Counted from the first letter of the stretch, positions 1 through 9,315 are shown. The stretch: DNA of 32,000 nt from Candidatus Saccharimonadota bacterium (GCF_025021925.1 NZ_CP092368.1:240001-272000); one strand, 5' to 3'. Made by a program: numbers and translations. Notes: generated by a model not told the origin, from the letters alone.

Positions 1-333
1 AATGATATCACCATTTTTCATCTTCTGAATCTTTAAGAGTACCTTATGTCCAATACAATCATCAATAAATTGTACATCTCTATTGAATATTGATGATACA
101 GTATCAACTATTTTTCTAAGAGAAAGATTATTATTTCTCATAGTAGGACGTCCAAAGTGTGATAAGAGAATAATCTTTGTATTTTGATGTTTTAAATATT
201 GAATAGTAGGTAATACTCTCAAAATGCGAGTAATATCACAAATCTTATCATGTTCTATAGGAACATTAAAATCTACTCTGAGTAATACCGTTTTACTGTG
301 TAGATTACAATGCTCTATATTGGGTATGCTCAT
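1..333 (-). CDS. pgk: Phosphoglycerate kinase, N-terminal part; the gene continues beyond the left window edge
   Basis: My own minus-strand translation from the ATG (complement of 331-333) gives MSIPNIEHCNLHSKTVLLRVDFNVPIEHDKICDITRILRVLPTIQYLKHQNTKIILLSHFGRPT.... This matches the PGK N-terminal signature (RVDFNVP ... R(I) ... LPTI ... SHxGRP). It is open to position 1 and is missing from the ORF track because it is truncated. Confidence 0.85.
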   Translation of the reverse strand, partial: MSIPNIEHCNLHSKTVLLRVDFNVPIEHDKICDITRILRVLPTIQYLKHQNTKIILLSHFGRPTMRNNNLSLRKIVDTVSSIFNRDVQFIDDCIGHKVLLKIQKMKNGDII

Positions 334-479
334 TATGATATCACACAGAATATGATAATATTATACATATTATATATCAGCAAGTAAAGAACGACTCATA
401 AAAGAGTATATTGATAATTATAGACCACTTCTCTCTCTTTATAAAGAAATAAAAATAATAATAATAATGATACTTGATA

Positions 480-1415
480 TTAGAGATAAATAGGGATAAG
501 TTGAGAAAAAAACAATGATATTACCATAGGTACATAAAATAATCCTACAGTAAAACTAATCAGTAATAATAAAGTAGCTTTATCTGGCTGGTAATTTAAA
601 ATACTAGCAAGTACTATACTAGAGCCTGATACTGGGATGATAGCTAATAATAGTAACGCTTTATATATATTTTCATCATATAAACCTATAATAGATTTAT
701 CTATAAGAACAATTCCTAATACAAATAATGGCCAAAATAAGTATTTTGCTATTACAGTAGTAAGAGCAAGCGTCCAATCTACTTTAAAACTTTTAATTTG
801 TGCAATACTGACACCAAGTAACATCATACCTAATGTGATAAATGTACTTCTAATATTTAGCATAATATCTATTAAAAAGTTAGGTACTGTGATATTATAT
901 ATACTCAAAAAGAATCCTAAGATCATTGCATATGATGAAGGCAATTTAAACAGTCGCAACATGCTTTCTCTTGCAGTATAAATACCATTTGCTGCTATAT
1001 AAAATCCTAAGCTATTTTCAAATAATGCCATACCTATATAACAGATAACATATACAGATATAGTCTCTTCATCGAATAATGCCATAGCAATCGGCAATCC
1101 AAAGTATCCCATACTTGTACTTCCTGAACTAAATGCTAATATATTTCTTGTATTATCTTTAAATAAAAAAGAAGACAGATAATATACTAATAAAGACATA
1201 GTAATACCAATAAACCATATTAAAATAGGCAAAGAAATAACTTTTAAATTTACTTCTGTACGAGAGACTCCATATAAAATGACTATTGGATTCGCTATAT
1301 AAAAAAGAATTTGAGATATAGTATTTCTATCACTTTTAAGATATTTACCCGCTAAATATCCAATAAATATTGTAATATAAATAGGTAATATTTTTAGAAA
1401 AAGAGTCAGGAACAT
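480..1415 (-). CDS. AEC (auxin efflux carrier / Mem_trans) family permease
   Basis: 311-aa polytopic membrane protein. The N-terminus MFLTLFLKILPIYITIFIGYLAGKYLK and an overall ~10-TM layout in two halves are typical of AEC-family transporters. Substrate unknown. Confidence 0.6.
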   Translation of the reverse strand: MFLTLFLKILPIYITIFIGYLAGKYLKSDRNTISQILFYIANPIVILYGVSRTEVNLKVISLPILIWFIGITMSLLVYYLSSFLFKDNTRNILAFSSGSTSMGYFGLPIAMALFDEETISVYVICYIGMALFENSLGFYIAANGIYTARESMLRLFKLPSSYAMILGFFLSIYNITVPNFLIDIMLNIRSTFITLGMMLLGVSIAQIKSFKVDWTLALTTVIAKYLFWPLFVLGIVLIDKSIIGLYDENIYKALLLLAIIPVSGSSIVLASILNYQPDKATLLLLISFTVGLFYVPMVISLFFSQLIPIYL

Positions 1416-1892
1416 GCGAGTGTGAATTACAACCTGTCTGATATTGTATGATTGATAACATCACATTAGATATTAAGATATTAGAAAAGTAAATATAATT
1501 TTATTACAACACACTCAAATGATAATACATTCTATACTATTGTTAATTTTCAATATATTTCTATAGACAAATCTGTAAAAATACAATATATCATCTCATC
1601 ATATATATTATAGTATAGATTGAAGATAACATCTCACTAGATATTGCTCATATGAGAGATATGTTATGACTATAACATACGTAAATTTTATTTTAATATA
1701 TAAAAATATCATAGCATATGTCTTATTAATATAATGAAAACTCTAAAAGAGCTCACTGATATTTCTGAAGAATAAAATAGAAAATAATATATAAGAATTA
1801 TATAATATTTATAATTAAGATTATTATACAGTATTGACACTATATTAAGGAATACCCATGAGAAGAGAGATTGTAAATGTAAGTATTTATAC

Positions 1893-1920
1893 TTGACATT
1901 TTCTTTTTTCTTTCTATCTT
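1893..1920 (+). promoter_or_regulatory. Candidate sigma70-type promoter for gmk (TTGACA-16 nt-TATCTT)
   Basis: Consensus -35 TTGACA at 1893-1898, a 16-nt T-rich spacer, and TATCTT at 1915-1920, about 60 nt upstream of the gmk ATG at 1984. Promoter-like hexamers arise easily in AT-rich DNA. Confidence 0.25.
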
Positions 1921-1983
1921 TAGAACTGCATTCATGATTAGCTAAAACTCAATTTGTCTTCATCTATTGTTAATCATATTAGA

Positions 1984-2571
1984 ATGATTTTAAAAAATAA
2001 AGGTATATTGTTTGTTCTTTCTTCTCCATCTGGAGCTGGTAAGACTACTATATCTGAAAAATTACTTATGCATGCAACGAGTTTAGTGAGATCTATTTCT
2101 GTAACTACACGTCAACCTAGACCTGGTGAAATACATGGTAAAGATTATTTCTTTGTTACAGAAGAAAAATTTCACAAACTATGTCAAGAGAATAAGATGC
2201 TTGAATATGCAAAAGTTTTTAGACATTTTTATGGGATACCAAAAGATTTTATAGAGCAAAATATTAATAATCAAATAAGTGTGTTACTTACTATCGATTG
2301 GCAAGGAGCATTTCATTTATTTAACACAGTCAAAGAACAGGTTGTAAGTATTTTTATTATGCCTCCTTCAATGGGAGAGTTAAAATTACGATTGAAAAAG
2401 CGCAATAGTGATCATGCAAGTGAAATAGATTTTAGATTAAAAGCAGCATATAAAGAAATTAATACACGACATAAATATGATTATATAGTAGTCAATGATG
2501 ATATAGACCACTGTGTACAAGAAATAATTATGATTCTCAATACAGTAAGAAGAAATATATGTGAGACATAA
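1984..2571 (+). CDS. gmk: Guanylate kinase
   Basis: P-loop SSPSGAGKTT follows GILFVL, and length and layout fit guanylate kinase. The ORF track begins at a TTG at 1954. I prefer the ATG at 1984 (MILKNKGILFVLSSPSGAGKTT), which gives the usual short lead before the P-loop. Confidence 0.9.
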   Translation: MILKNKGILFVLSSPSGAGKTTISEKLLMHATSLVRSISVTTRQPRPGEIHGKDYFFVTEEKFHKLCQENKMLEYAKVFRHFYGIPKDFIEQNINNQISVLLTIDWQGAFHLFNTVKEQVVSIFIMPPSMGELKLRLKKRNSDHASEIDFRLKAAYKEINTRHKYDYIVVNDDIDHCVQEIIMILNTVRRNICET

Positions 2572-2797
2572 TGGTGATTTCTAATATACTTGTATAGTCT
2601 GGTACTATCACACATTATCATCTCTAAACATATATAAAAAAAGTTTTGATCTATGTATTTTTTTATTCATATCAATTATCCGATTATAATAGCAAGATTA
2701 AATTTTAAGTTGTCGCATCTATAAAATTACCGTATATATTACTTCTCTATATTAAATAGAGTAGTAGAATATTTATAATTTCTTCTTAACTGATATA

Positions 2798-3388
2798 ATG
2801 AATATTCATATAAAAAAATTAATTTATGCTTTTTCTAAGCTTCCAGGTTTAGGTCCCGCATCATCACGTAGGTTAGCAATACATTTACTGCAAAATAAAG
2901 AGCAAGTGATGATACCACTTGCATTTTTAACGAAAAATTTAGCAGAGATTATAGTAAAGTGTGAATTATGTAATAATCTAGATATTCAATCTCCTTGTTC
3001 AATATGTAATAATCCAAAACGTGATTCTAAATTATTATGTATAGTAGAAGGATTAGGTGATTTATGGGCGTTAGAAACAGCTAACATATATTTTGGGTTA
3101 TATCATGTATTAAGTGGTAGATTATCTGCAATTAATGGTATCACTCCAAAAGCACTGCATCTCGATATTCTTTTAAGAAGGATTTCTCAATCTAAAATTG
3201 AAGAAATCATTCTTGCCATTAATTCTACATTAGAAGGGCAAATAACATTACATTATATTGTGTCTTCTCTTAGGAATACAAAAGTCAAAATATCACGCCT
3301 TGCTTGTGGTATACCAATGGGAGGAGAGATTGATTATCTCGATGAAGGCACTTTAAAATCAGCAATGATGTCAAGACAAGAAATATAA
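2798..3388 (+). CDS. recR: Recombination protein RecR
   Basis: [17 protein letters not shown] helix-hairpin-helix, a Cys4 zinc finger (CELCNN...CSICNN), then a Toprim-like domain ([14 protein letters not shown]). 196 aa. Confidence 0.9.
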   Translation: MNIHIKKLIYAFSKLPGLGPASSRRLAIHLLQNKEQVMIPLAFLTKNLAEIIVKCELCNNLDIQSPCSICNNPKRDSKLLCIVEGLGDLWALETANIYFGLYHVLSGRLSAINGITPKALHLDILLRRISQSKIEEIILAINSTLEGQITLHYIVSSLRNTKVKISRLACGIPMGGEIDYLDEGTLKSAMMSRQEI

Positions 3389-3389
3389 A

Positions 3390-4649
3390 ATGCAAATTAT
3401 TCAATACATCTTACGTAAGATTACGATACTATTAAAATTTAAAAAACAAGAAAAATATTTACAACTCACGAAGCTAATTCCTTGGCAAAACGACTATTTA
3501 GGTTATCGCAACTTATCAAAGAAATTCAATAATATTACTCTCATGAATCGCAGTGATTTTAAAATAATATTACTAGAAGGATATGAAGGATGGGGTAAGA
3601 CATTCTTTTTAAAAGAATGGGTACAAGACTTCAAACAAAAGAATATTATTGCATCTTATTATAATGCATGGACTATCAACGCATTAGATCAACCACTCCC
3701 ATCTCTCTTAAATTTTTTATTTCAAGATTTATTTATTTCCTATAAAGTAAAAAGCGATATGATACGAAAATTTAAGAAGATTCATCATGGCATTTTTTCT
3801 TTTAATACTTTAGAAAAACTTCTTCGTAAATCTCCATTAACTATATTAACTTTGTTACTTGATTCTATAAAAGAAACCGATAACAAAGATATTGATTTCG
3901 TGTTAAAAGAATTAAGTATTCTACAAAAGAGAGTGGCAAACGTTAAGGATTTTACAATACAATTAGGCAAAATAGTGAATAGTATTAGACGAAATCATAA
4001 CATATATATTATGGTAGATAATTTAGATATATGTCGTCCTAAATTTATTGTTGATTTTTTAGAATCTATAAAATATATTCTTAATATAGAAGGATTGGTG
4101 TTTATTGTTACTGTAAATAAAGATCAAAGTAATGTATATCGCGCTATTCATTCTATTCTTGGGTCACATTATGATCCAAAAGCTTTTTTTGATTTTTCCT
4201 TAAATTTACCAAAATCTTCTATAGTGATACTGACGCAAGAATTATTCAGATCCATTAAATTGCCAGTACACGCACAATATTTGATTATTGATAGTTTTAT
4301 ATTATATGCAGAAAGTTTCTTATTATCACCTAAAATAATAGCATATTGTATAAAAAGAGTAGAATTTTATCTTATAAACTATGTATTGACAGAATTACCT
4401 GCTGCAACTCTATTTACATTTTTAGTGATACTAGAAGTAATAAATATGAATATATATGAAGAATTAAGTCATGCATATCCAGTTGCATTGGATAAAATTA
4501 TCAAGGAATTTAAGGATCAGATTATCAAGCATAAAAGTGGTCAGAAAGAGTGGGAAATATTAATAATATATCTACATAATGCTTTTTCGCATGATCAAAC
4601 ATCAGAAATGACAGAAGATGTCAAACAAGTTAAAAAGATACTATTTTAA
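3390..4649 (+). CDS. KAP-family P-loop NTPase (hypothetical protein)
   Basis: Walker A GYEGWGKT (nt 3579-3602), then YYNAW shortly after. Walker B plus signature IYIMVDNLDICRP (nt 4002-4040), compare the KAP DDLDRC.P. Later motif LSPKIIAYCIKRVEFYL, compare the KAP PR.ikR. N-terminal NDYLGYRNLSKKF resembles the KAP D.LG lead. The ATG lies 1 nt after the recR stop. Confidence 0.7.
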   Translation: MQIIQYILRKITILLKFKKQEKYLQLTKLIPWQNDYLGYRNLSKKFNNITLMNRSDFKIILLEGYEGWGKTFFLKEWVQDFKQKNIIASYYNAWTINALDQPLPSLLNFLFQDLFISYKVKSDMIRKFKKIHHGIFSFNTLEKLLRKSPLTILTLLLDSIKETDNKDIDFVLKELSILQKRVANVKDFTIQLGKIVNSIRRNHNIYIMVDNLDICRPKFIVDFLESIKYILNIEGLVFIVTVNKDQSNVYRAIHSILGSHYDPKAFFDFSLNLPKSSIVILTQELFRSIKLPVHAQYLIIDSFILYAESFLLSPKIIAYCIKRVEFYLINYVLTELPAATLFTFLVILEVINMNIYEELSHAYPVALDKIIKEFKDQIIKHKSGQKEWEILIIYLHNAFSHDQTSEMTEDVKQVKKILF

Positions 4650-4678
4650 TTCATCTATTATCTCACTATTAATTTAAA

Positions 4679-4722
4679 GGATAACAACTATGTATTTTTT
4701 TAAAAATACATAGTTGTTATCC
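4679..4722. terminator. Candidate bidirectional rho-independent terminator (44-bp palindrome)
   Basis: GGATAACAACTATGTATTTTT (4679-4699), TT, AAAAATACATAGTTGTTATCC (4702-4722): perfect 21-bp arms. It sits between the convergent stops of the KAP gene (4649) and pdhC (4737), with T-rich sequence on both sides. Confidence 0.6.
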
Positions 4723-4736
4723 GTTCTTTATCATTA

Positions 4737-5927
4737 TCATATGTCAATCAGCATTGTGATAGGATGCTCTATATATTTCTTAAAACATATTAAAAATTTT
4801 GCACCTAATACTCCATCAATCATTCTATGATCAATCGAGAGAGTCACTGTCATAATTTCAGAGATTGCTATCTTATCGTTAATCACAACCGGTTGTTTTA
4901 TAGATGCTCCAACTGCCATAATACAAGACTGTGGAGCGTTAATTATCGCACTGAAAGATTTTATACCAAACATACCTAAATTCGATATAGTAAAACCACC
5001 ACCTTGAAACTCTTCAAGTGCTAATTGTCCGTTTCTTGCTTTCATTACTAAATCTTTTACCTCTTGTGAAATTGATAAAATACCTTTCTTATCAGCATGT
5101 TTGATAATAGGAGTAATCAAACCATCCTCACGTGCTACAGCAATTGAAATATCTATATTTGAATATTTCAGTATATTATTACCTTGCCATGAAGCATTGA
5201 TCTCAGGAAATTGTTTGATGCTACATGCAACTGCTTTAATGATTAAATCATTTATTGTGACTTTATTATTTTTGTCTTCTGCATTAATCTCATTTTTTAA
5301 TAAAATTAATCTATCAACTTGACAATCTATAGTTAAATAAAAATGTGGAATATCATGCTTGGATTGAGTAAGTTTCTGAGCTATTACTTGGCGAATATTA
5401 CTTATTGTCACCGTGCTATCTATTTTAGAGGTAATCAAATGTGTAGCATTTTTTGAATATTCTAGTATATCATTTTTAATGATTCGTCCATACGGACCAG
5501 TACCTTTTATTTTATTTATATTAATTCCTTGATTATGAGCGAGCTTCTTAGCTAATGGACTCACTCGTATTCTATTGCAATCATCTTGATATGCTTTATC
5601 TTGTGATATTGTGTTAATATCTACTGTTAACGTATCTTGTGCTATAGATAAATAACTATCAAGTATACTGTTATCTTCTCCTTCTTTCAGTATTAGTGCT
5701 ATTAATTGATTGACAGGAATACTACTTGTGCCTTCTAAGACTAAAATTTTTGCAAGTATTCCTTCATCTATAGATTCAAATTCCATTATAGCTTTATCAG
5801 TCTCTATTTCAGCAATCACATCTCCTATTTCAATTTTTTCTTGCTCTTTTTTATGCCATCTCACAATTTTTCCTCCAGTTTTACTCATTGTTGGAGAAAG
5901 AGCAGGCATTAGTATCTCTATTGGCAT
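4737..5927 (-). CDS. pdhC: Dihydrolipoamide acetyltransferase, E2 component of pyruvate dehydrogenase
   Basis: N-terminal lipoyl domain MPIEILMPALSPTMSKTGGKIVRWHKKE...IAEIETDKAIMEFES, a peripheral subunit-binding domain (RVSPLAKKLAHNQGININKIKGTGPYGRI), and a catalytic domain with DHRMIDG. Confidence 0.88.
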   Translation of the reverse strand: MPIEILMPALSPTMSKTGGKIVRWHKKEQEKIEIGDVIAEIETDKAIMEFESIDEGILAKILVLEGTSSIPVNQLIALILKEGEDNSILDSYLSIAQDTLTVDINTISQDKAYQDDCNRIRVSPLAKKLAHNQGININKIKGTGPYGRIIKNDILEYSKNATHLITSKIDSTVTISNIRQVIAQKLTQSKHDIPHFYLTIDCQVDRLILLKNEINAEDKNNKVTINDLIIKAVACSIKQFPEINASWQGNNILKYSNIDISIAVAREDGLITPIIKHADKKGILSISQEVKDLVMKARNGQLALEEFQGGGFTISNLGMFGIKSFSAIINAPQSCIMAVGASIKQPVVINDKIAISEIMTVTLSIDHRMIDGVLGAKFLICFKKYIEHPITMLIDI

Positions 5928-6046
5928 ATTTGGTATTATAATCTATTTAATTTTTAGTTTAGTATTACTATTATGTCAAATCTTATATAATTAGAAATTC
6001 TCATTACTATATAATATATAGATAATATCATTATTTATTTTAATGA

Positions 6047-7060
6047 TTAATCTCTTTTAAGAGATTTACTGTGAATATAATGGTTTGCTTGACTGATAAA
6101 TATTTCTATCACTTCTTTGACATGCTGTTCTTTGTGAATCATACCTACACTTTGACCTGCCATTAAAGATCCATTGATTATATCTCCATCAATCACTGCT
6201 TTTCTTAAAGAATCAGCCCAGAATTTCTCTATTTGAAGCTTACCATCTTCTTTTGAGATATCTCCTTGAGAATATTTATTTATGATCTCTTTTTGTAGTT
6301 GTAAAAATTCATTACTTGCTTTATTTGCAATAGCTCTAACAGGAATTACAGGAAAATCAGCACTAAGTTGTATAGATGGAATTGCATGTCTTGATGATGA
6401 TTTAATCAAAATATCTTTGAAATTTTTGTGAGCTATTGATTCATAAGTACATACAAATAATGTACCTATTTGACATCCACTTGCTCCCATTTCTAGATAG
6501 TTTACTATCATTTCACCTCTTCCTATTCCACCTGCAACAAATATTGGAATCTTTTCATTTTTAAAATAAGGTAAGATTTCTTGTGCAAGGACGGCAGTAC
6601 TTACTGGACCTATATGTCCTCCTGCTTCCATACCTTCTATGATTAAAGAATCTACTCCCATTTTGATTAATCTCTTTGCAAGACTTAATGAAGGAGCAAA
6701 ACAAATTACTTTAATATTTGCATGCTTAATTTGTTCTATATTATCCTTCTTAGGTACTCCACCTGCTAGTATAATATGACTGATTTTTGTACTAATACAT
6801 ACATCTATTAAGTCACTTAGAGATGGATGCATAGTGATGAGATTTACCCCAAATGGTTGATTAGTACACTGTTGTGTGTTAATGATTTCTTTCTTTAGTA
6901 GAGCAGGACTCATTGCTCCACAAGCAATTATTCCAAAACCTCCAGCATTTGAAATAGAAGATACTAAGTTTTGTTCTGATACCCAGCTCATAGCGCCACC
7001 TATAATTGCAAACTGAGTACCAAGAAAATATGTTCCTTTTCTCCATAAGTTACTTAACAT
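6047..7060 (-). CDS. NMO-family flavin oxidoreductase (nitronate monooxygenase / FabK-like enoyl-ACP reductase II)
   Basis: 337 aa. IIGGAMSWVSEQNLVSSISNAGGFGIIA, GVNLI, IILAGG, IIEGMEAGGHIGP and VAGGIG are typical of the NMO / 2-nitropropane dioxygenase TIM-barrel family. The FabK versus NMO assignment cannot be settled by eye. Confidence 0.65.
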   Translation of the reverse strand: MLSNLWRKGTYFLGTQFAIIGGAMSWVSEQNLVSSISNAGGFGIIACGAMSPALLKKEIINTQQCTNQPFGVNLITMHPSLSDLIDVCISTKISHIILAGGVPKKDNIEQIKHANIKVICFAPSLSLAKRLIKMGVDSLIIEGMEAGGHIGPVSTAVLAQEILPYFKNEKIPIFVAGGIGRGEMIVNYLEMGASGCQIGTLFVCTYESIAHKNFKDILIKSSSRHAIPSIQLSADFPVIPVRAIANKASNEFLQLQKEIINKYSQGDISKEDGKLQIEKFWADSLRKAVIDGDIINGSLMAGQSVGMIHKEQHVKEVIEIFISQANHYIHSKSLKRD

Positions 7061-7358
7061 GGTATTTATCTTGAATCATCTTCAAAGTATTATATTAATT
7101 TCTATGTGCAATATATATATCACATATAGTATCTAAATTTTTCATTCATATATACAAAAAAAAGAACAGCATATAGATGATATAAAGATATATTCAAGTG
7201 CTTTATATCTCTGATCTATTCCAAATCTAAAAAATTACGATTTTTATTTTAGAGTATTATGAATATTACTATATTCTTGACAAGATATTTTATAATATAT
7301 CATGTGTTACATCGTTGATTATTGTATCAATTATTTATTCTCTTATAGTCTCGAAATT

Positions 7359-8585
7359 TTAGTGGTAAAACCACTCTTGATAACTAGATTTTAATAGCCC
7401 AATAAATTGAGCATTCTTAACAAGAATTTTAGTTAATTTCCATCGTTCGTATTTATTACTTGTTTTTTTAATTTGTGTAGCTATTTTATGTAAAATAGTG
7501 AGAGCTTCTGGAATATTCAAATCATTTTGTATAGTTTTAAGAAAATCTTTCGATATTTCTGTTATATCCTGTATATTGAAAGCATCAATTTTAAAATCAA
7601 ATAGTAATCGATAAAACTTATTCAAGGACTTTTGTGCGTCATCAAGAATTTTATCTGTCCAATCAAGTGGTTTTCGATAATGAGTTTTGAGTAATGCATA
7701 ACGTATTACTTCGCCCTTGATACCTTGTTGTAATAATTCTCTGACTTTTACTATATTAAATAATGATTTACTCATTTTTTGTTCATGTACCATTACAAAT
7801 CCATTGTGTATCCAGTATTTTGCAAAAATTGATCCTGCAAATGCAGATTTGCTCTGTGCTATTTCATTTTCATGATGAGGGAATTGTAAATCTATACCTC
7901 CACCATGAATATCAAAACTACACCCAAGCAATGCATATGACATTGCAGAACATTCTATATGCCATCCTGGTCTTCCTTTCCCCCATGGACTATCCCAATA
8001 GCTTGCAAGTTGAAAATCAATATGATTTGCCGGTTTCCATAATACAAAATCTCCAGGATGATGTTTATCATGATTAATAGCCACTCTATTACCATATAAT
8101 AATGAATCAATTTTTTTACCTGATAGTGCACCATATTCAGGATAAGAAGCAACACTAAAATAGATATGTTTATTTACCTCATAAGCATGACCAGATTTTA
8201 TTAAACGATTAACTAATTGAATAATAGTATGTATACAGTCTGTGACTTTTGGTTCATGTGTTGGAGAGACACAATGAATGCTATGCATATCGTCATGAAA
8301 AGCCTGAGTATAATATTGTACTATACTCTTGACATGTGCATTATTTCTATACGCTACATTAATAACTTTATCATCAATATCAGTGATATTACGTACGTAT
8401 GTTACTTTTTGATAACAAAATTTTAGTAACTGAAATAATATATCATATACAACAACGGACCTTGCGTTACCTATATGAGCTGTATCATATACTGTAGGTC
8501 CACATACATACATTTTGACATGCTCTGTATCAATTGGTATGAATCGTTCCTTACACTTTGTTAAAGTATTATATAATAGTACCAT
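7359..8585 (-). CDS. cysS: Cysteinyl-tRNA synthetase
   Basis: HIGH-type motif TAHIGNARS, zinc-site WHIECS, and KMSKS. I prefer the internal ATG at 8585 (MVLLYNTLTKCKERFIPID), which matches the canonical CysS N-terminus. The ORF-track start at 8615 adds 10 aa and deepens the overlap with the upstream gene. Confidence 0.9.
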   Translation of the reverse strand: MVLLYNTLTKCKERFIPIDTEHVKMYVCGPTVYDTAHIGNARSVVVYDILFQLLKFCYQKVTYVRNITDIDDKVINVAYRNNAHVKSIVQYYTQAFHDDMHSIHCVSPTHEPKVTDCIHTIIQLVNRLIKSGHAYEVNKHIYFSVASYPEYGALSGKKIDSLLYGNRVAINHDKHHPGDFVLWKPANHIDFQLASYWDSPWGKGRPGWHIECSAMSYALLGCSFDIHGGGIDLQFPHHENEIAQSKSAFAGSIFAKYWIHNGFVMVHEQKMSKSLFNIVKVRELLQQGIKGEVIRYALLKTHYRKPLDWTDKILDDAQKSLNKFYRLLFDFKIDAFNIQDITEISKDFLKTIQNDLNIPEALTILHKIATQIKKTSNKYERWKLTKILVKNAQFIGLLKSSYQEWFYH

Positions 8586-9234
8586 ATACAAAACTTTTAA
8601 AAAAAGATAATACACTCATTATTAGATGAGGCCCTTTGATTATGACAATAAAAGTAAGTATTAATCCACATAATGATATACAAACTCCTAATAGAGATAG
8701 AAAGCCATCTTGACTTATAATGCCTAATGAAATAAGAGTAATACCAATTGCAGGCATAAAGTTAGTAAGAGGTAATGGCAAAGCAATAGATAATGCACAT
8801 ATTAACATCATAAAAGCTAAAATTTTTTCACCAGGACCATAGAAAAGAAAAGATAGTCTTGGCTTCATAAATTTCTCTATTTTTTTTAATGTAGGAGAAG
8901 TTTTATCTATTATCAGAGCTAGTGTTGAACGCTGAAAAGACTTTTTTTCTAGCCAATTTGGAATCCAAGGAACATGAAACCCAAATAGCAATTGTAATGA
9001 GAATAATATCAGAGGTATAGCAAGCATGGTTGTATAGCCAGGTGGTACAGGTATAGGAAGAGAGAGAGGTAAAGAAAATATAATCATTAAAATACCAAAT
9101 CCTCTCTCATGTAAAGAAGTTTTAATATCGTGTAAAGTGACTTTATCACCATTAGGAAATTTACTCTCTGCAACTTCTCTGAGAATATCAGAAGCTAATT
9201 TTTTATTAGAATTCAATTTTCTATTTTTATACAC
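8569..9234 (-). CDS. exoD: ExoD-like (exopolysaccharide synthesis ExoD family) membrane protein
   Basis: 221 aa. ERGFGILMIIFSLPLSLPIPVPPGYTTMLAIPLILFSLQLLFG and C-terminal TM helices resemble the ExoD family. The function is poorly defined even within that family. Confidence 0.55.
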   Translation of the reverse strand: MYKNRKLNSNKKLASDILREVAESKFPNGDKVTLHDIKTSLHERGFGILMIIFSLPLSLPIPVPPGYTTMLAIPLILFSLQLLFGFHVPWIPNWLEKKSFQRSTLALIIDKTSPTLKKIEKFMKPRLSFLFYGPGEKILAFMMLICALSIALPLPLTNFMPAIGITLISLGIISQDGFLSLLGVCISLCGLILTFIVIIKGPHLIMSVLSFFKSFVYGTII

Positions 9235-9284
9235 AATATTCCTACATTTTATCCTTTATTCATGCGCATGATTGAATTTTTTTA

Positions 9285-9315
9285 TTATGACATGTGTATA
9301 TATCACATGTCATAA
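9285..9315. other. Perfect 12-bp-arm inverted repeat with a 7-nt loop (hairpin or operator candidate)
   Basis: TTATGACATGTG (9285-9296), TATATAT, CACATGTCATAA (9304-9315). It lies 28 nt downstream of the tatA stop and about 50 nt upstream of the exoD start, both on the minus strand. No U-tract follows it on the minus strand. Confidence 0.4.

Noticed and set aside
431-468. Microsatellites (CT)4 at 431-438 and (AAT)5 at 454-468 between the permease stop and the pgk start
   Set aside because: They are very short and expected in AT-rich low-complexity DNA. They are not positioned within a coding sequence or between -35 and -10 elements that I can support, so I make no phase-variation claim.
637-981. 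114-aa plus-strand ORF inside the AEC permease gene. Similar antisense or nested ORFs lie at 7763..8077, 12999..13331, 20686..21027, 29274..29618, 5101..5322, 5710..5994, 15443..15658 and 30380..30607.
   Set aside because: All lie wholly or almost wholly within, and antisense to, well-supported genes. None has family-like motifs or SD-preceded starts. I treat them as shadow ORFs rather than overlapping genes.
1858-1896. 12-codon mini-ORF (MRREIVNVSIYT) with an AAGGAA SD-like sequence upstream of gmk, as a possible leader peptide
   Set aside because: It is too short and unconserved-looking to support. It overlaps the candidate gmk -35 box and has no attenuator-like structure downstream.
8586-8615. 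N-terminal extensions implied by the longest-ORF starts: cysS 8615, serS 12661, dusB 12814, ppdK TTG 23213, gmk TTG 1954, tatA 9531 and atpF' 17397
   Set aside because: In each case an internal ATG reproduces the canonical family N-terminus. For tatA that ATG also follows a GGAGG Shine-Dalgarno sequence. The extensions add non-conserved residues and often create overlaps.
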